From an uncultured Actinomycetes bacterium (GTDB taxonomy: Bacteria > Actinomycetota > UBA4738 > JBBDTT01), in the NCBI GenBank assembly GCA_963742735.1, contig CAVUMN010000004.1, positions 896,001-960,000 of the forward strand: 64,000 nt of DNA, in the 5' to 3' direction. The notes below the pieces were generated by a model. The model was not told the DNA's origin. It did not search any database and worked only from the letters and a program-made list of their open reading frames with translations. A program made the translations under genes and the position numbers. Positions 38,958 to 48,306 of the stretch are shown here, in pieces. Position 1 is the first letter of the stretch. The number at the start of each line of letters is the position of its first letter.

Positions 38958-39614
38958 TCAGCCTACGTCCCCCGGGTCGGGGCGGGCGCCTCGGCGACCG
39001 AGGAACAGGCCCACCACCAGCGCGAGCATGGCCCAGGCGAGGATCTCGGAGACGGGCTTGGAGCCGAGCCGGGACTCGTCGACGCGGCCGCCGGCGAGCT
39101 CGACCGTCTCGGGGGTCGCAAGCCGCACGGCGGCGATCGCCTTGGCCAGGCGCTCTTCGGCCGCGGCCAGGCGTTCGTCGGTTGACTCCTCGGGAAGGCC
39201 GTCCAGGACGGTGACTTCTTCGTCGACGTGCTCGACTGCCTTGCCCTCAACCACGATCCGACCGGCCATGCCGCTGTGGTACGAGCAGACGTAGGGGTAC
39301 CTGCCGGGCCGGTTGAAGCGAACCGTGTACAGGCCCTCGAGGTCCTTGCTGTCGAACAGGCCGAATGCCGTGACCGTATGCGGCACGACGATGCCTATGG
39401 GCGCCCACGTCACCGATTGTCCGGCAGTGATGTTCAGGGTCCTTGATGTGAAGCAGTAGTCGCGTACCCACACGGTCAGCGCCGGTGGCTTCTGTGTCGC
39501 GGGAGGGCAAACGGCGCCGCCGCCGCCACCGCCGGCCGAGGCCGGGGCCGGGGCGAGCCCGAGCAGCAGGAACAGGGCGGCCGTGAGCAGCGCGGCGCGT
39601 CGAATGGCTCTCAC
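38958..39614 (-). CDS. Secreted/membrane-anchored cupredoxin (plastocyanin/azurin-like)
   Basis: AAAGGAG RBS; signal peptide; PHTV and YVCSYHSGM type-1 Cu ligands; C-terminal TM. Confidence 0.82.
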   Translation of the reverse strand: MRAIRRAALLTAALFLLLGLAPAPASAGGGGGGAVCPPATQKPPALTVWVRDYCFTSRTLNITAGQSVTWAPIGIVVPHTVTAFGLFDSKDLEGLYTVRFNRPGRYPYVCSYHSGMAGRIVVEGKAVEHVDEEVTVLDGLPEESTDERLAAAEERLAKAIAAVRLATPETVELAGGRVDESRLGSKPVSEILAWAMLALVVGLFLGRRGARPDPGDVG

Positions 39615-39651
39615 GATCGATCTCCTTTCGGAACGGATCCCACGTAGAGGG

Positions 39652-39677
39652 GACCGTCCGAACGGGCCGATCGTTCC
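39652..39677 (-). promoter_or_regulatory. Candidate ECF promoter GGAACG-N16-GGTC upstream of the cupredoxin-sigma operon
   Basis: Matches the general GGAAC/GTC ECF pattern. Confidence 0.4.
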
Positions 39678-39679
39678 GG

Positions 39680-41272
39680 CTACCGGGAGACCGAGACGAA
39701 CACGTCCTCGGCCGTGGCGGCGATGAACAGCTCGCGGATGAGCCCGCCGTGCAGCTGGATCGGCATGCCGACCCGGGCATCCTGCGCCGGATCCACGCGG
39801 ATCAGGACCCCGGAGGTGCTCGCGACCCACACGGCGTCGTCCGTCACGGCGATGTCCTCGGGAGCGTTGGGCAGTGGGATGGGCTCCTGCAGCTCGAGCG
39901 ACCTCGCATCGAGCCGAACGAGCGTGCTCGCCTGCTCGTCGCCCCCGGTCCCGAACTCGTCCGAGGTCACCCACGCGGAGCCGTGTCCCACCGCGATCGC
40001 CGTCGGCTCCGCGATCTCCGTCGAGTCCAGCTTCTTGCCCGTGCGCTCATCGATGACGACGACCAACCCGTCGGCGTCGGCCACGTAGACCCGGCCCGCA
40101 TCGGCGGCGATCGCCACCGGAGAGCTCGCGTACGACGTGACCTCCCGGGCGCGGCCATCGTCGAGGGACACGCGGATCAGCGGCCCCGCGGCGGTGGTCG
40201 CCCACACGAACCGCTCTCCGACGGTGAGCGCCGTGGGCTGCGAGGGAAGTTGCACCGGCTCGGACACCGTGCCGTCCGCCGCGTCGATCTCGTACAGCAG
40301 GAAACCGGAGGCGACCTGGCCCGGGTCCACCGGGGCCGGGCCCACCGCCCCGACGAACACCCGCCCACGGCCGGTGGCGACGAACAGAGGCTCGACCGGG
40401 CTGTTCGCGGGTCCGAGCCGGATGTGTTCGACGTAGGCGTCACGGGTGAGGCTCCACTTTCCGACGGCGCGACGCTCGGCGATCCACAGGAAGCCCCCCT
40501 CGACGGCCACGTCGTACGTGATCGCCTCGGTGTTGACGCCGGCCTCCCGATGCTCGGCGATGTCGACCCGGTACAGCGCCGACACGGGGTCGGCGGGCCC
40601 GGGCGAGGAGGTCGGGCGCGTCGGCTCGGATGGGTCCGGCCGCAGGAGGAGCAGGCCGGTGACGACCACCGCGGCCCCCGCCGCCGCGAGCCAGATCCGC
40701 CGCCGGCCGGGGCCCGGCTCCGCAACGATCACGGGAGCGGAGTCCTTCTGGGCGAGCTCGCCGTCGCGGATGACCGTGAAGACCTGGCGGGAGCCCTCGA
40801 TGCCCTTCAGGGCATGCGCGCCTCGATCCTCGAACCGGATCCCGGAGCCCTCGGTCAGGTCGCGGGCGGTGGCGGAGACCAGGACCTCGTTCGGGTGAGC
40901 CAGCCCGGCGATCCTCGATCCGATGTGCACGCCGAGTCCGCCCGGCTTGTCGCCGACCAGGACGGCCTCGCCGACGTGGATGCCGGCGCGGACGTCGATG
41001 CCGAGGGGCCGGATCGAGTCGATGATCGCGCAGGCGCACCGGATCGCCGAGTCGGGGCTCTCGAACGCCGCGAAGAACCCGTCGCCGGCGTTGTCGATCT
41101 CCCGGCCGCCGTGCCGCTTCAGCTCACGGCGGACCGTGGCGTGATGGTTGCGAAGGATCTGCCTCCACCGCTCGTCCCCGAGCTCTCGGGCACGAACGGT
41201 CGAGTCGACGATGTCGGTGAACAGGACGGTGGTGGGAAGACGCCTCCCCCCGCCAGAGCTTCTCGACGCCAT
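39680..41272 (-). CDS. Class III adenylate/guanylate cyclase with TM and extracytoplasmic beta-propeller-like repeats
   Basis: LFTDIVDST, AGDGFF, RAGIH, VHIGSRI; repeats such as IAVGHGSAWV, IAVTDDAVWV. Confidence 0.87.
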   Translation of the reverse strand: MASRSSGGGRRLPTTVLFTDIVDSTVRARELGDERWRQILRNHHATVRRELKRHGGREIDNAGDGFFAAFESPDSAIRCACAIIDSIRPLGIDVRAGIHVGEAVLVGDKPGGLGVHIGSRIAGLAHPNEVLVSATARDLTEGSGIRFEDRGAHALKGIEGSRQVFTVIRDGELAQKDSAPVIVAEPGPGRRRIWLAAAGAAVVVTGLLLLRPDPSEPTRPTSSPGPADPVSALYRVDIAEHREAGVNTEAITYDVAVEGGFLWIAERRAVGKWSLTRDAYVEHIRLGPANSPVEPLFVATGRGRVFVGAVGPAPVDPGQVASGFLLYEIDAADGTVSEPVQLPSQPTALTVGERFVWATTAAGPLIRVSLDDGRAREVTSYASSPVAIAADAGRVYVADADGLVVVIDERTGKKLDSTEIAEPTAIAVGHGSAWVTSDEFGTGGDEQASTLVRLDARSLELQEPIPLPNAPEDIAVTDDAVWVASTSGVLIRVDPAQDARVGMPIQLHGGLIRELFIAATAEDVFVSVSR

Positions 41273-41317
41273 GCCGGGAGCGTGGCGACGCCCGGGGGTG
41301 CCGTCAAGCGTGCCGCG

Positions 41318-41593
41318 CTAGCGGCCGCCGCGGGCGGAGGGGTGCTCGACTTGGACGGCCAGGCGCTCGATGCGCTCGGCGGCCTCGTCGAAGAGCCCGA
41401 GGGACAGCGCGCCGGTGATGGCCAGCAGGTCGGTCTCGTGGCGGGGGGCCAGGCGCGCGCCTCGCTGCACCCGGGTCTCGAGCGTGGTCATCGCCAGCTC
41501 GACCCGGTCGAACCCGTCGGTCTCCTCGCCGCGCTCACGGGCGTGCTCACGAGCGTCCCGCCAGGCGGTGAGGTCGACGACCGTTGCCTCCAT
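41318..41593 (-). CDS. Small hypothetical protein
   Basis: GC3 bias; MEATVVDLTAWR N-terminus; helical. Confidence 0.6.
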   Translation of the reverse strand: MEATVVDLTAWRDAREHARERGEETDGFDRVELAMTTLETRVQRGARLAPRHETDLLAITGALSLGLFDEAAERIERLAVQVEHPSARGGR

Positions 41594-41662
41594 GCTCACC
41601 GATGGTAACGGGGGGGTCTGACACGCCAAAGCACATCGATGGAAATCGGGTGAAACCGCAGG

Positions 41663-42217
41663 TCAGGAGGCTGGATCGGGGGCCGGAACCGCTCGGCGGA
41701 CCGAAAGGGCCAGCCAGAGCCCGAGGCCGATCACGGCGGCGCCTCCGACCGCGAGCACGACCAGGAACGTGCCCCCCAGCCCGGGGGCGTCCCCGGAGGC
41801 GAACTCGGACAGCGAGCCGAGCGCGGTGATCCGGTCCCAGGCCAGGAGCTCCAGGAGCGTGGCCCCCACGGCGACGGCGCCCACGGCCCACCATGCGGAT
41901 CCCATCCGGATCCGCTCGAGCTCGGGCGCCAGCAGGTAGCCGGCCAGGAACGCGACCGCGTACATCGCGAAGGCCAGGACGACGATCCCGACCGGCAGGC
42001 CGGCCGGGTCGACCCAGTACATCCACATCCACTCGGCCGAAAGGGCGTAGAGCGAGAGCGAGACGGCCGTCAGCAGGACCTGGACCGCGGCACCGGCCAG
42101 GAAGCCGGCGGAGGACAGACGAGAGCGGCCGGGCCGGAGCGTGGTGATGCCCAGGCGACCGAACAGCAGCCCGGTGCCCAGGGACAGAAGCCAGTCCAGG
42201 AAGATTGTCTCGACCAC
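41663..42217 (-). CDS. Hypothetical membrane protein
   Basis: About 5 hydrophobic segments; WMWMYWVDP. Confidence 0.7.
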   Translation of the reverse strand: MVETIFLDWLLSLGTGLLFGRLGITTLRPGRSRLSSAGFLAGAAVQVLLTAVSLSLYALSAEWMWMYWVDPAGLPVGIVVLAFAMYAVAFLAGYLLAPELERIRMGSAWWAVGAVAVGATLLELLAWDRITALGSLSEFASGDAPGLGGTFLVVLAVGGAAVIGLGLWLALSVRRAVPAPDPAS

Positions 42218-42269
42218 CCCCTCGCGCGGGCATTGTACGGGCGGGGGGTCACCTGGGGGTGTCACTAGA

Positions 42270-42947
42270 ATGGGCAACCTCGTGACCGACTCGTCCGCTC
42301 CCAGTCCCGTTGCAGAGATCCTCGCCGCGCTCGCGTACGGCGAGCGGAAAGCGGCGGAGCGCGCGCGTTCGAACGTGGCCCTGGCGCCGGACGGGCGGAC
42401 GCGCTCGGCGCAGGGGGGCGTGGCGGACCGCGAGCAGCGGAACTTCGAGCTGATCGAGGCTCGCCTGCGCGAGCTGGCCGACCCCGAGCTCGAGGAGCGG
42501 TTCCGGCCGTTCTTCGACCAGTTCTTCGAGCGGACCGAGCCGGCCGACTGGGCCGAGGCCATGACGTGGCACTACGTGGGCGACGCGTGGGTCTCGGACT
42601 TCGCCGACGTCCTCACGCCACTGCTCGATCCCGTGTCCGCCGAGGTGATCCGCCGCGTGCTCGGCGACCGGGAGGGCCAGGAGGGCTTCGCCCTCGACGA
42701 GCTCCAGCGGGTCATGGACGGCGACACGAGCTGCGGGAGGCGGATCGCGTCCTACGCGCGGCGGATCGTGGGGGAGGCCCTCACCCAGACGCGGAGGGCT
42801 CTCCAGGCGACGCGGGTGCTGTCCGGGCTGATGGGCGGGTTCGAGGAGATGGAGAAGCGGATGGTCCTGGACATCCTCGAGGGCCACCGCATCCGCCTCG
42901 ACCGCCTGGGTATCGAGCCGGTCGACGAGCCCGAGCCCGCGGAGTAA
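42270..42947 (+). CDS. Ferritin-like fold protein (MiaE-like actinobacterial family)
   Basis: LAALAYGE, PADWAE..YVGD..DF; start may be GTG 42282 if TAGAAT at 42266 is the -10. Confidence 0.78.
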   Translation: MGNLVTDSSAPSPVAEILAALAYGERKAAERARSNVALAPDGRTRSAQGGVADREQRNFELIEARLRELADPELEERFRPFFDQFFERTEPADWAEAMTWHYVGDAWVSDFADVLTPLLDPVSAEVIRRVLGDREGQEGFALDELQRVMDGDTSCGRRIASYARRIVGEALTQTRRALQATRVLSGLMGGFEEMEKRMVLDILEGHRIRLDRLGIEPVDEPEPAE

Positions 42948-42959
42948 CCCCCGGGTCGC

Positions 42960-43373
42960 ATGGCCGATCCGGTTCGAGCCCATCGGCGGATTCACGAGTT
43001 CGCGATGAGCCTTCCCGGTGCGTGGGAGGACCACCCGTGGGACGAGACCGTGGTCAAGGCCGGCAAGAAGGTGTTCGTGTTTCTCGGCAGCGAGGCGGGG
43101 GGCGACTGGTGGCCCGGGTTCACCGTCAAGCTCGTCGACTCGCTCGAGCAGGCGCTGGCGATCCCGGGGGCGGAACCGTCGGGCTACGGCCTCGGCAAGA
43201 GCGGGTGGGTGAGCATCCGGCTGCGGTCCAAGGGGCTCCCGCCGGTCGGAATCCTTACCGACATGGTCGAGGAGAGCTACCGGCTGGTGGCGCCGAAGAC
43301 GCTCGTGAAGGAGCTGGACGCCGCGGTTGTGGGACGTTCAGCGAGCTACCACCAGACATTCCGGGATCAGTAG
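42960..43373 (+). CDS. MmcQ/YjbR family DNA-binding protein
   Basis: LPGAWEDHPW, KKVF, GYGLGKSGWV, EESYRLVAPK. Confidence 0.88.
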   Translation: MADPVRAHRRIHEFAMSLPGAWEDHPWDETVVKAGKKVFVFLGSEAGGDWWPGFTVKLVDSLEQALAIPGAEPSGYGLGKSGWVSIRLRSKGLPPVGILTDMVEESYRLVAPKTLVKELDAAVVGRSASYHQTFRDQ

Positions 43374-43624
43374 ATGTTCTGGCGCGTGGCGATGTCGGTC
43401 ACGAAAACCTCGCGGGCCTTGTCGTCCACCGTGTAGACGATCCGATACATGCCGACCCGGCTGCGGTAAACGTCTGCTGACCCTCGCAACTTCTTCGTGC
43501 CCCTCGGCCGCGGATCGACGGCCAGCTCTTGAAGGCGGTCCCTGATGGCCCTGGCGCGGTCGGCGGGGAGCGACTCGAGTGCCGCCGCCGCCTTCCGATG
43601 TAGTCCGACGTAGAACGGGCCCAT
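43367..43624 (-). CDS. relE: RelE/ParE family toxin
   Basis: LAVDPRPRGTKKLRG, YRSRVGMYRIVY, RQNIY. Confidence 0.9.
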   Translation of the reverse strand: MGPFYVGLHRKAAAALESLPADRARAIRDRLQELAVDPRPRGTKKLRGSADVYRSRVGMYRIVYTVDDKAREVFVTDIATRQNIY

Positions 43625-43710
43625 TGAATTACAGTATACAGTACGGTTGAACGTACGCCAACCCATACGAAATAACGATTGACCTTCCGTACAGAGTCAC
43701 CTATGCTCTC
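43625..43710. promoter_or_regulatory. Back-to-back sigma-A-type promoters for toxin and antitoxin, with GTAC/TACA repeats
   Basis: Minus strand TTGGCG(43661-56)-N17-TATACT(43638-33); plus strand TTGACC(43679-84)-N17-TATGCT. Confidence 0.7.
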
Positions 43711-43774
43711 AGGGAGAGCTATTCCCCGCGGGGGGCAAAGAGGCACCCGCACGGCGAGGGGGGGGTCCAGCCAG

Positions 43775-44044
43775 ATGGCTCGAGGCGAAGCACTTGTGGG
43801 AGTGACCGAGGCGAGGGAGAGGCTCCGCGAACTCCTTGACGATATCGAGGATCGCAACGTGGTGATCCTTCGACACAACCGCCCGGTGGGCGTTCTTATC
43901 CATCCCGATCGTCTGGAGCGACTCATCAGTCGGCTCGAGGATGCCGAGGACGCTCTGACGGCCCAGGAGCGGGCCGGTGACCGCCATGAATCCGTGTCCC
44001 TGAACGACCTCCTTGACGACGGGCCGATCGCGACGACTGGCTAG
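43775..44044 (+). CDS. Phd/YefM family antitoxin
   Basis: VGVTEARERLRELL, VVILRHNRPVGVL, acidic C-terminus. Confidence 0.88.
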   Translation: MARGEALVGVTEARERLRELLDDIEDRNVVILRHNRPVGVLIHPDRLERLISRLEDAEDALTAQERAGDRHESVSLNDLLDDGPIATTG

Positions 44045-44262
44045 GTCCCCCGAAACTGACCCACCACTGACGCGTCCGGCTGAACGACCCCGGCCGGGGC
44101 CGACGGATTTCCCCCAACCGGGTCGTTGACTCGCCCCGGCCGGGCGATGTGCCGTGCCGTTGGGTCGGGCTATCGTCGCTTCGCTCGCGGAACGCATCGC
44201 CCGACCCCACTCCGAGAGCCTCCTTCCCCGCACACGCTTCGTCCTTGAGCGTTGGAGGCACG

Positions 44263-45357
44263 GTGAGTCGAACCGTCACGACGGTGGCCCTCGGCTTCGA
44301 GAAGCTGAGCCTGTCCGAGGAGGTCCTGCACGTCCTGGAGCGCGACCCCGCGTTCCGGGTGGTCGGGACCGCTCCCGACGAGGCGACGCTCTCCCGGCTG
44401 GTGCGCGACGCGCACCCGGCCGCGGTCGTCGGCTCGCCCGGGGTACTGGCCCGCGCCTACGGCGACGGAGCCGTGCGGCTCGCGGTGGCCGAGCAGGAGT
44501 CGGTGGCGACGCTTCGGGAGGCCATCCGCGCGGGCGTCGCCGGCTTCTACCTCTGGCCCGAGGAGCGCCCGCGATTGATCGACGACGCCGCGCGGCTGGT
44601 CCGCCGACGCGACGAGGCCGCGGGGCCGAAGGGTCGCGTGGTGGCCGTCTACGGGCCGCGCGGCGGCGCCGGTGCCACGTTCGTCGCGACGCACCTGGCC
44701 GCCGCCGCCGCCCGCCTCGAACGCTCCACCTGCCTGGTCGAGTGCGACCCGTTCTTCGCCGATCTCTCCGGCGGCGCTCGGGGTCGACGCCGAGGACGGT
44801 GTGCGCACGATCGAGGACCTGGTCCCCGTCCTGGAGGAGCTCTCCGCCGAGCACGTCCGCGAGGTCCTGTTCGAGCACCCGGCCGGCTTCTCCGCCCTGC
44901 TCGGGCCGCACGATCCGGCGGCGGCCGAGGCCCTGCGTCCGGCGCACCTCGCGGCGGCGGTGGGAGTCCTCGCCGGAGCGCACGAGCTGGTGCTGCTGCA
45001 CCCCGCGCCGGGCCGTCGACGACCTTACCCGGGCCGCCCTGGGGATGGCCGACGAGATCCTGCTGGTCGTGTCCCTCGACGTCCTCGCGATGCGCGACGC
45101 CCGCCGGACCCTCTCCTTCCTCGAGGGCCTGGGGCTCGGCGGACCGCAGCCGGGTGTTGGTGAACCGAGCCGCGCGCGCCGAGATCGTGCCGGAGGACGC
45201 CGAGCGCGTCCTCGGGCTTCCCGTCGCGGCCGTCGTGCGTCTCGATCGCACCGTCCCGGCCGCCCAGAACCGGGGCGAGCTGGTGCTCGGCCGGTCGCCG
45301 CGAACCTCGCGGGCACTGATGCGGTTGGCTCGGTCGCTCGCGGAGGTGGCCGCGTGA
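44263..45357 (+). pseudogene. cpaE: CpaE/TadZ pilus localization ATPase with three apparent frameshifts (probably assembly errors)
   Basis: Receiver-like N-terminus, GPRGGAGAT; coding frame switches near 44770, 45003 and 45140. Confidence 0.75.
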
Positions 45358-46625
45358 CCGCGACCGCGACCGCGCCGGCGCTGAAGCGGGCCGTTCGTCT
45401 GGGCCTTCGAGACCAGGTGGACGTGCACGACCTCGAGCGGCTGAGCCCGCCCGAGCGCCGCCTGCACGTCCGCGAACACGTCCTTCGCCTGCTGCGTGAG
45501 CAGCGGGCGATCCTCCCCGCCGGCGAGCTCACCGAGCTCGTCAATCAGATCAGCGATGACGTCGTCGGCCTCGGACCGATCGAACGCCTCCTCAAGGACC
45601 CGGAGGTGAGCGAGGTGATGGTCAACGGGGCCGACGACTGCTACGTGGAGCGAAAGGGGCGGCTCGAGAGAGTGGACGGCCTGTTTGAAGAGGGGGAGGA
45701 GCAGGTCTTTCACGTGATCGAGCGCGTGGTTTCACCGCTGGGCCTTCGCATCGACGAGTCGTGCCCGTATGTGGACGCCCGATTGCCGGATGGCTCGCGG
45801 TTCCACGCGATCATCCCGCCCCTTTCGCTCTGCGGCCCTTCGATGACGATCCGCAAGTTCGGGTCGAATCCGCTGCGGCCGGACGACTTGGTCCGGCTCG
45901 GCACGCTCACGCCGCCGATGCTCGAGTTCCTCGCCGCGTGCGTGCGCGGCCGGGCGAACGTGGTCGTCTCCGGCGGCGCGTCCAGCGGGAAGACGACTCT
46001 GCTCAACGTGCTGTCCTCGTTCATCGATCCGGGGGAGCGGTTGATCACGATCGAGGACGCGGCCGAGCTCCGCCTGTCCCAGCCGCATGTGATCGGGCTC
46101 GAGGCCCGCCCCGCCAACGTGGAGGGGCGCGGCGAGGTGACCGTGCGCGACCTGGTGCGCAACGCGCTGCGGATGCGTCCGGACCGGATCGTGGTCGGCG
46201 AGGTTCGCGGAGGCGAGGCCCTCGACATGCTCCAGGCCATGAACACGGGCCACGACGGCTCGCTGTCCACCGCGCACGCGAATTCGCCGCGGGACCTGCT
46301 GGCCCGCCTGGAGACCATGGCGCTGATGTCCGACGTGGACCTGCCCGTGGCTCACGTGCGGGAGCAGGTCGTGGCCGCGATCGACCTGGTGGTGCACCTC
46401 GCGCGACTCCCCGACGGGCGGCGGGCCGTGTTCGAGATCGCCTCCGTGGAGCGGGGCAGCGGCGGCCGATCCGGCCTTCGCTCGCTGTTCCGATACGAGC
46501 GGAGCCGGAACCGCTTCGCCCCGACCGGAGCGGTGCCGGCCCTCGTGTCGGCGCTCCGCGAGCGGGGAGAGCGCATCGACCCCGCCTGGTTCAGGCCCGA
46601 GGCGGGGCCGGCGTGGAGACGCTGA
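45354..46625 (+). CDS. tadA: Tad secretion ATPase TadA/CpaF
   Basis: DPEVSEVMVNG, GGASSGKTT, IEDAAEL, LRMRPDRIVVGEVRG, MNTGH. Confidence 0.95.
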   Translation: MTATATAPALKRAVRLGLRDQVDVHDLERLSPPERRLHVREHVLRLLREQRAILPAGELTELVNQISDDVVGLGPIERLLKDPEVSEVMVNGADDCYVERKGRLERVDGLFEEGEEQVFHVIERVVSPLGLRIDESCPYVDARLPDGSRFHAIIPPLSLCGPSMTIRKFGSNPLRPDDLVRLGTLTPPMLEFLAACVRGRANVVVSGGASSGKTTLLNVLSSFIDPGERLITIEDAAELRLSQPHVIGLEARPANVEGRGEVTVRDLVRNALRMRPDRIVVGEVRGGEALDMLQAMNTGHDGSLSTAHANSPRDLLARLETMALMSDVDLPVAHVREQVVAAIDLVVHLARLPDGRRAVFEIASVERGSGGRSGLRSLFRYERSRNRFAPTGAVPALVSALRERGERIDPAWFRPEAGPAWRR

Positions 46626-47341
46626 GCCTGCCGCTCGCCGCGGGCCTGCTGGGAGCGGCCGGCGTGCTGTTCCGGTTCGCGGCGCGGCGGCGAACGCTGG
46701 AGAGGCTCCTCGGCGCTGCCGACCCTATTCCCGAACGAGAACCGTCTCGCCCGCGGCGGTGGCTCGAGGATCTGCGCCGGCGCCGGGCGAGTCCCGCGCC
46801 CCACGAGGAGGCGTTCCACCTGGCCGGGCTGGCCTCGACGCTGGCGGCGTCGCTTCGCGGTGGCCGCACCCTGGTTCAGGCCCTGGAGGCCGCGGCCGCG
46901 GACGACGGCACGCCCGGCTGGGTGCGGGCCGCGGTCGGCCGCGTGCTCTCCGCGCGCTCGGTCGGCGAGTCCCTGGACGCGGCGCTCGGTGGGCTGGCAG
47001 CCGACGTTCCGGGGCCGGCCGAGCTGCTGGTGACGGCGTTGCGTGTCGGGGCTCGGACCGGGGTGGGGCTTCCGGCGCTGCTGGACCAGGTCGCGGGGTC
47101 GCTTCGGGCTCGCGCGACCGCCTACCGCGATCTTCACGTTCAGACCACCCAGGCCCGCGTGTCCGGCACGGTGCTCTGCCTCCTTCCGCTGGGTTTCCTC
47201 GTGCTCGCCGCGCTCTCGTCGGCCCGGGACGTGCTGCCGGTGCTCGCCTCCCGAGCGGGCGCCGCGGCGCTGGTCACCGGGCTGGCGCTGCAGGCCGCCG
47301 GGGTGTGGTCGATCCGCCGGATCGTCCGGGTGGAGATCTGA
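46613..47341 (+). CDS. tadB: TadB-like platform membrane protein
   Basis: LAASLRGG..QAL; TQARVSG..LCLLP; TM helices. Confidence 0.85.
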   Translation: METLSLPLAAGLLGAAGVLFRFAARRRTLERLLGAADPIPEREPSRPRRWLEDLRRRRASPAPHEEAFHLAGLASTLAASLRGGRTLVQALEAAAADDGTPGWVRAAVGRVLSARSVGESLDAALGGLAADVPGPAELLVTALRVGARTGVGLPALLDQVAGSLRARATAYRDLHVQTTQARVSGTVLCLLPLGFLVLAALSSARDVLPVLASRAGAAALVTGLALQAAGVWSIRRIVRVEI

Positions 47342-47346
47342 GCGCG

Positions 47347-48087
47347 ATGCACGCGCTGGCCGGCGGGTGGGCGGCCCTGGTCTCGCTTGGCCTGGTGCTG
47401 GCGGCGCGCCGCCGAGTGGATCCTCGGGTCCGCGGCCGGCTGGCGTCCCTACGAAGGCCCGGCGAGATGGAGATACGGTCGTCCGGCCGCTCGCGCCGAG
47501 CACTGTGGGGCGCGGTGGGCGGGCTGGTGGGCATCGCGCTGGGAGGCGGATCCCCCTGGGCGGTGCCGCTCGCACTGGTGATCGGCGCGGCCGCGTTCCG
47601 GCTTCCCGGGATGGCGGCGGCGCGGCGGGAGCGGGCCAGGCGGGAATCGATCGCGCGTAGCGTGCCCGACCTGCTGGACGTGCTCGCGATGTGCGTCTCG
47701 GCCGGCCTCGGTCCCGAGGCGTCGCTCCGGCTCGCCGCCGGTAGTCTCCGGGGCCCGCTCGCCCTGGAGGTCGACCGGATGCTCGATCTCGTCGGGGTCG
47801 GCGCCCGTTGGCGGGATGCCCTCGCCGAGCTTGCCGAACGGTGCGGCTCGGCGGAGCTCGGCCGGCTGGGCGAGGCCATCACGCAGAGCGAGACCGTCGG
47901 CTCGTCGCTCGGTGGGGCGCTCGGCGAGCTAGCGGCCGAGTCGCGTGCCGCGCGCCGTGCGGCCGGCGAGGCCCGCGCCCGGGCCGCGCCGGTGAAGCTC
48001 CTGTTTCCGCTGGCGCTGTTGATCCTTCCCGCGTTCCTCCTCCTCACGGTGGTTCCGGTCGTCCTGGCGACGCTCCGGAGCCTCTAG
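47347..48087 (+). CDS. tadC: TadC-like platform membrane protein
   Basis: PDLLDVLAMCVSAGL; APVKLLFPLALLILPAF. Confidence 0.88.
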   Translation: MHALAGGWAALVSLGLVLAARRRVDPRVRGRLASLRRPGEMEIRSSGRSRRALWGAVGGLVGIALGGGSPWAVPLALVIGAAAFRLPGMAAARRERARRESIARSVPDLLDVLAMCVSAGLGPEASLRLAAGSLRGPLALEVDRMLDLVGVGARWRDALAELAERCGSAELGRLGEAITQSETVGSSLGGALGELAAESRAARRAAGEARARAAPVKLLFPLALLILPAFLLLTVVPVVLATLRSL

Positions 48088-48102
48088 CCGAAGGGAGGCT
48101 GC

Positions 48103-48306
48103 ATGCATCGACTGTGGGTGGGGTTCGTGTCCTGGCTCGTGGCGCGCCGCGACGAGCAGGGCGGACAGACCACCGCCGAGTACGCGCTGGTGATCCTCGC
48201 CGCCGCCGCGGTGGCCGTCGCCCTGATCGCGTGGGCGCGTTCGTCGGGGAAGCTCCCGGCGTTCTTCGACGGGATCATCGATCAGGTGACCGGCAGCGCC
48301 GAGTGA
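48103..48306 (+). CDS. flp: Flp major pilin
   Basis: GGGAGG RBS; G|QTTAEYALVIL prepilin motif; 67 aa. Confidence 0.88.
   Translation: MHRLWVGFVSWLVARRDEQGGQTTAEYALVILAAAAVAVALIAWARSSGKLPAFFDGIIDQVTGSAE

Noticed and set aside
43367-44262. Mobile element or prophage around the TA pair
   Set aside because: No integrase, transposase or clear target-site duplication; only locally lower GC.
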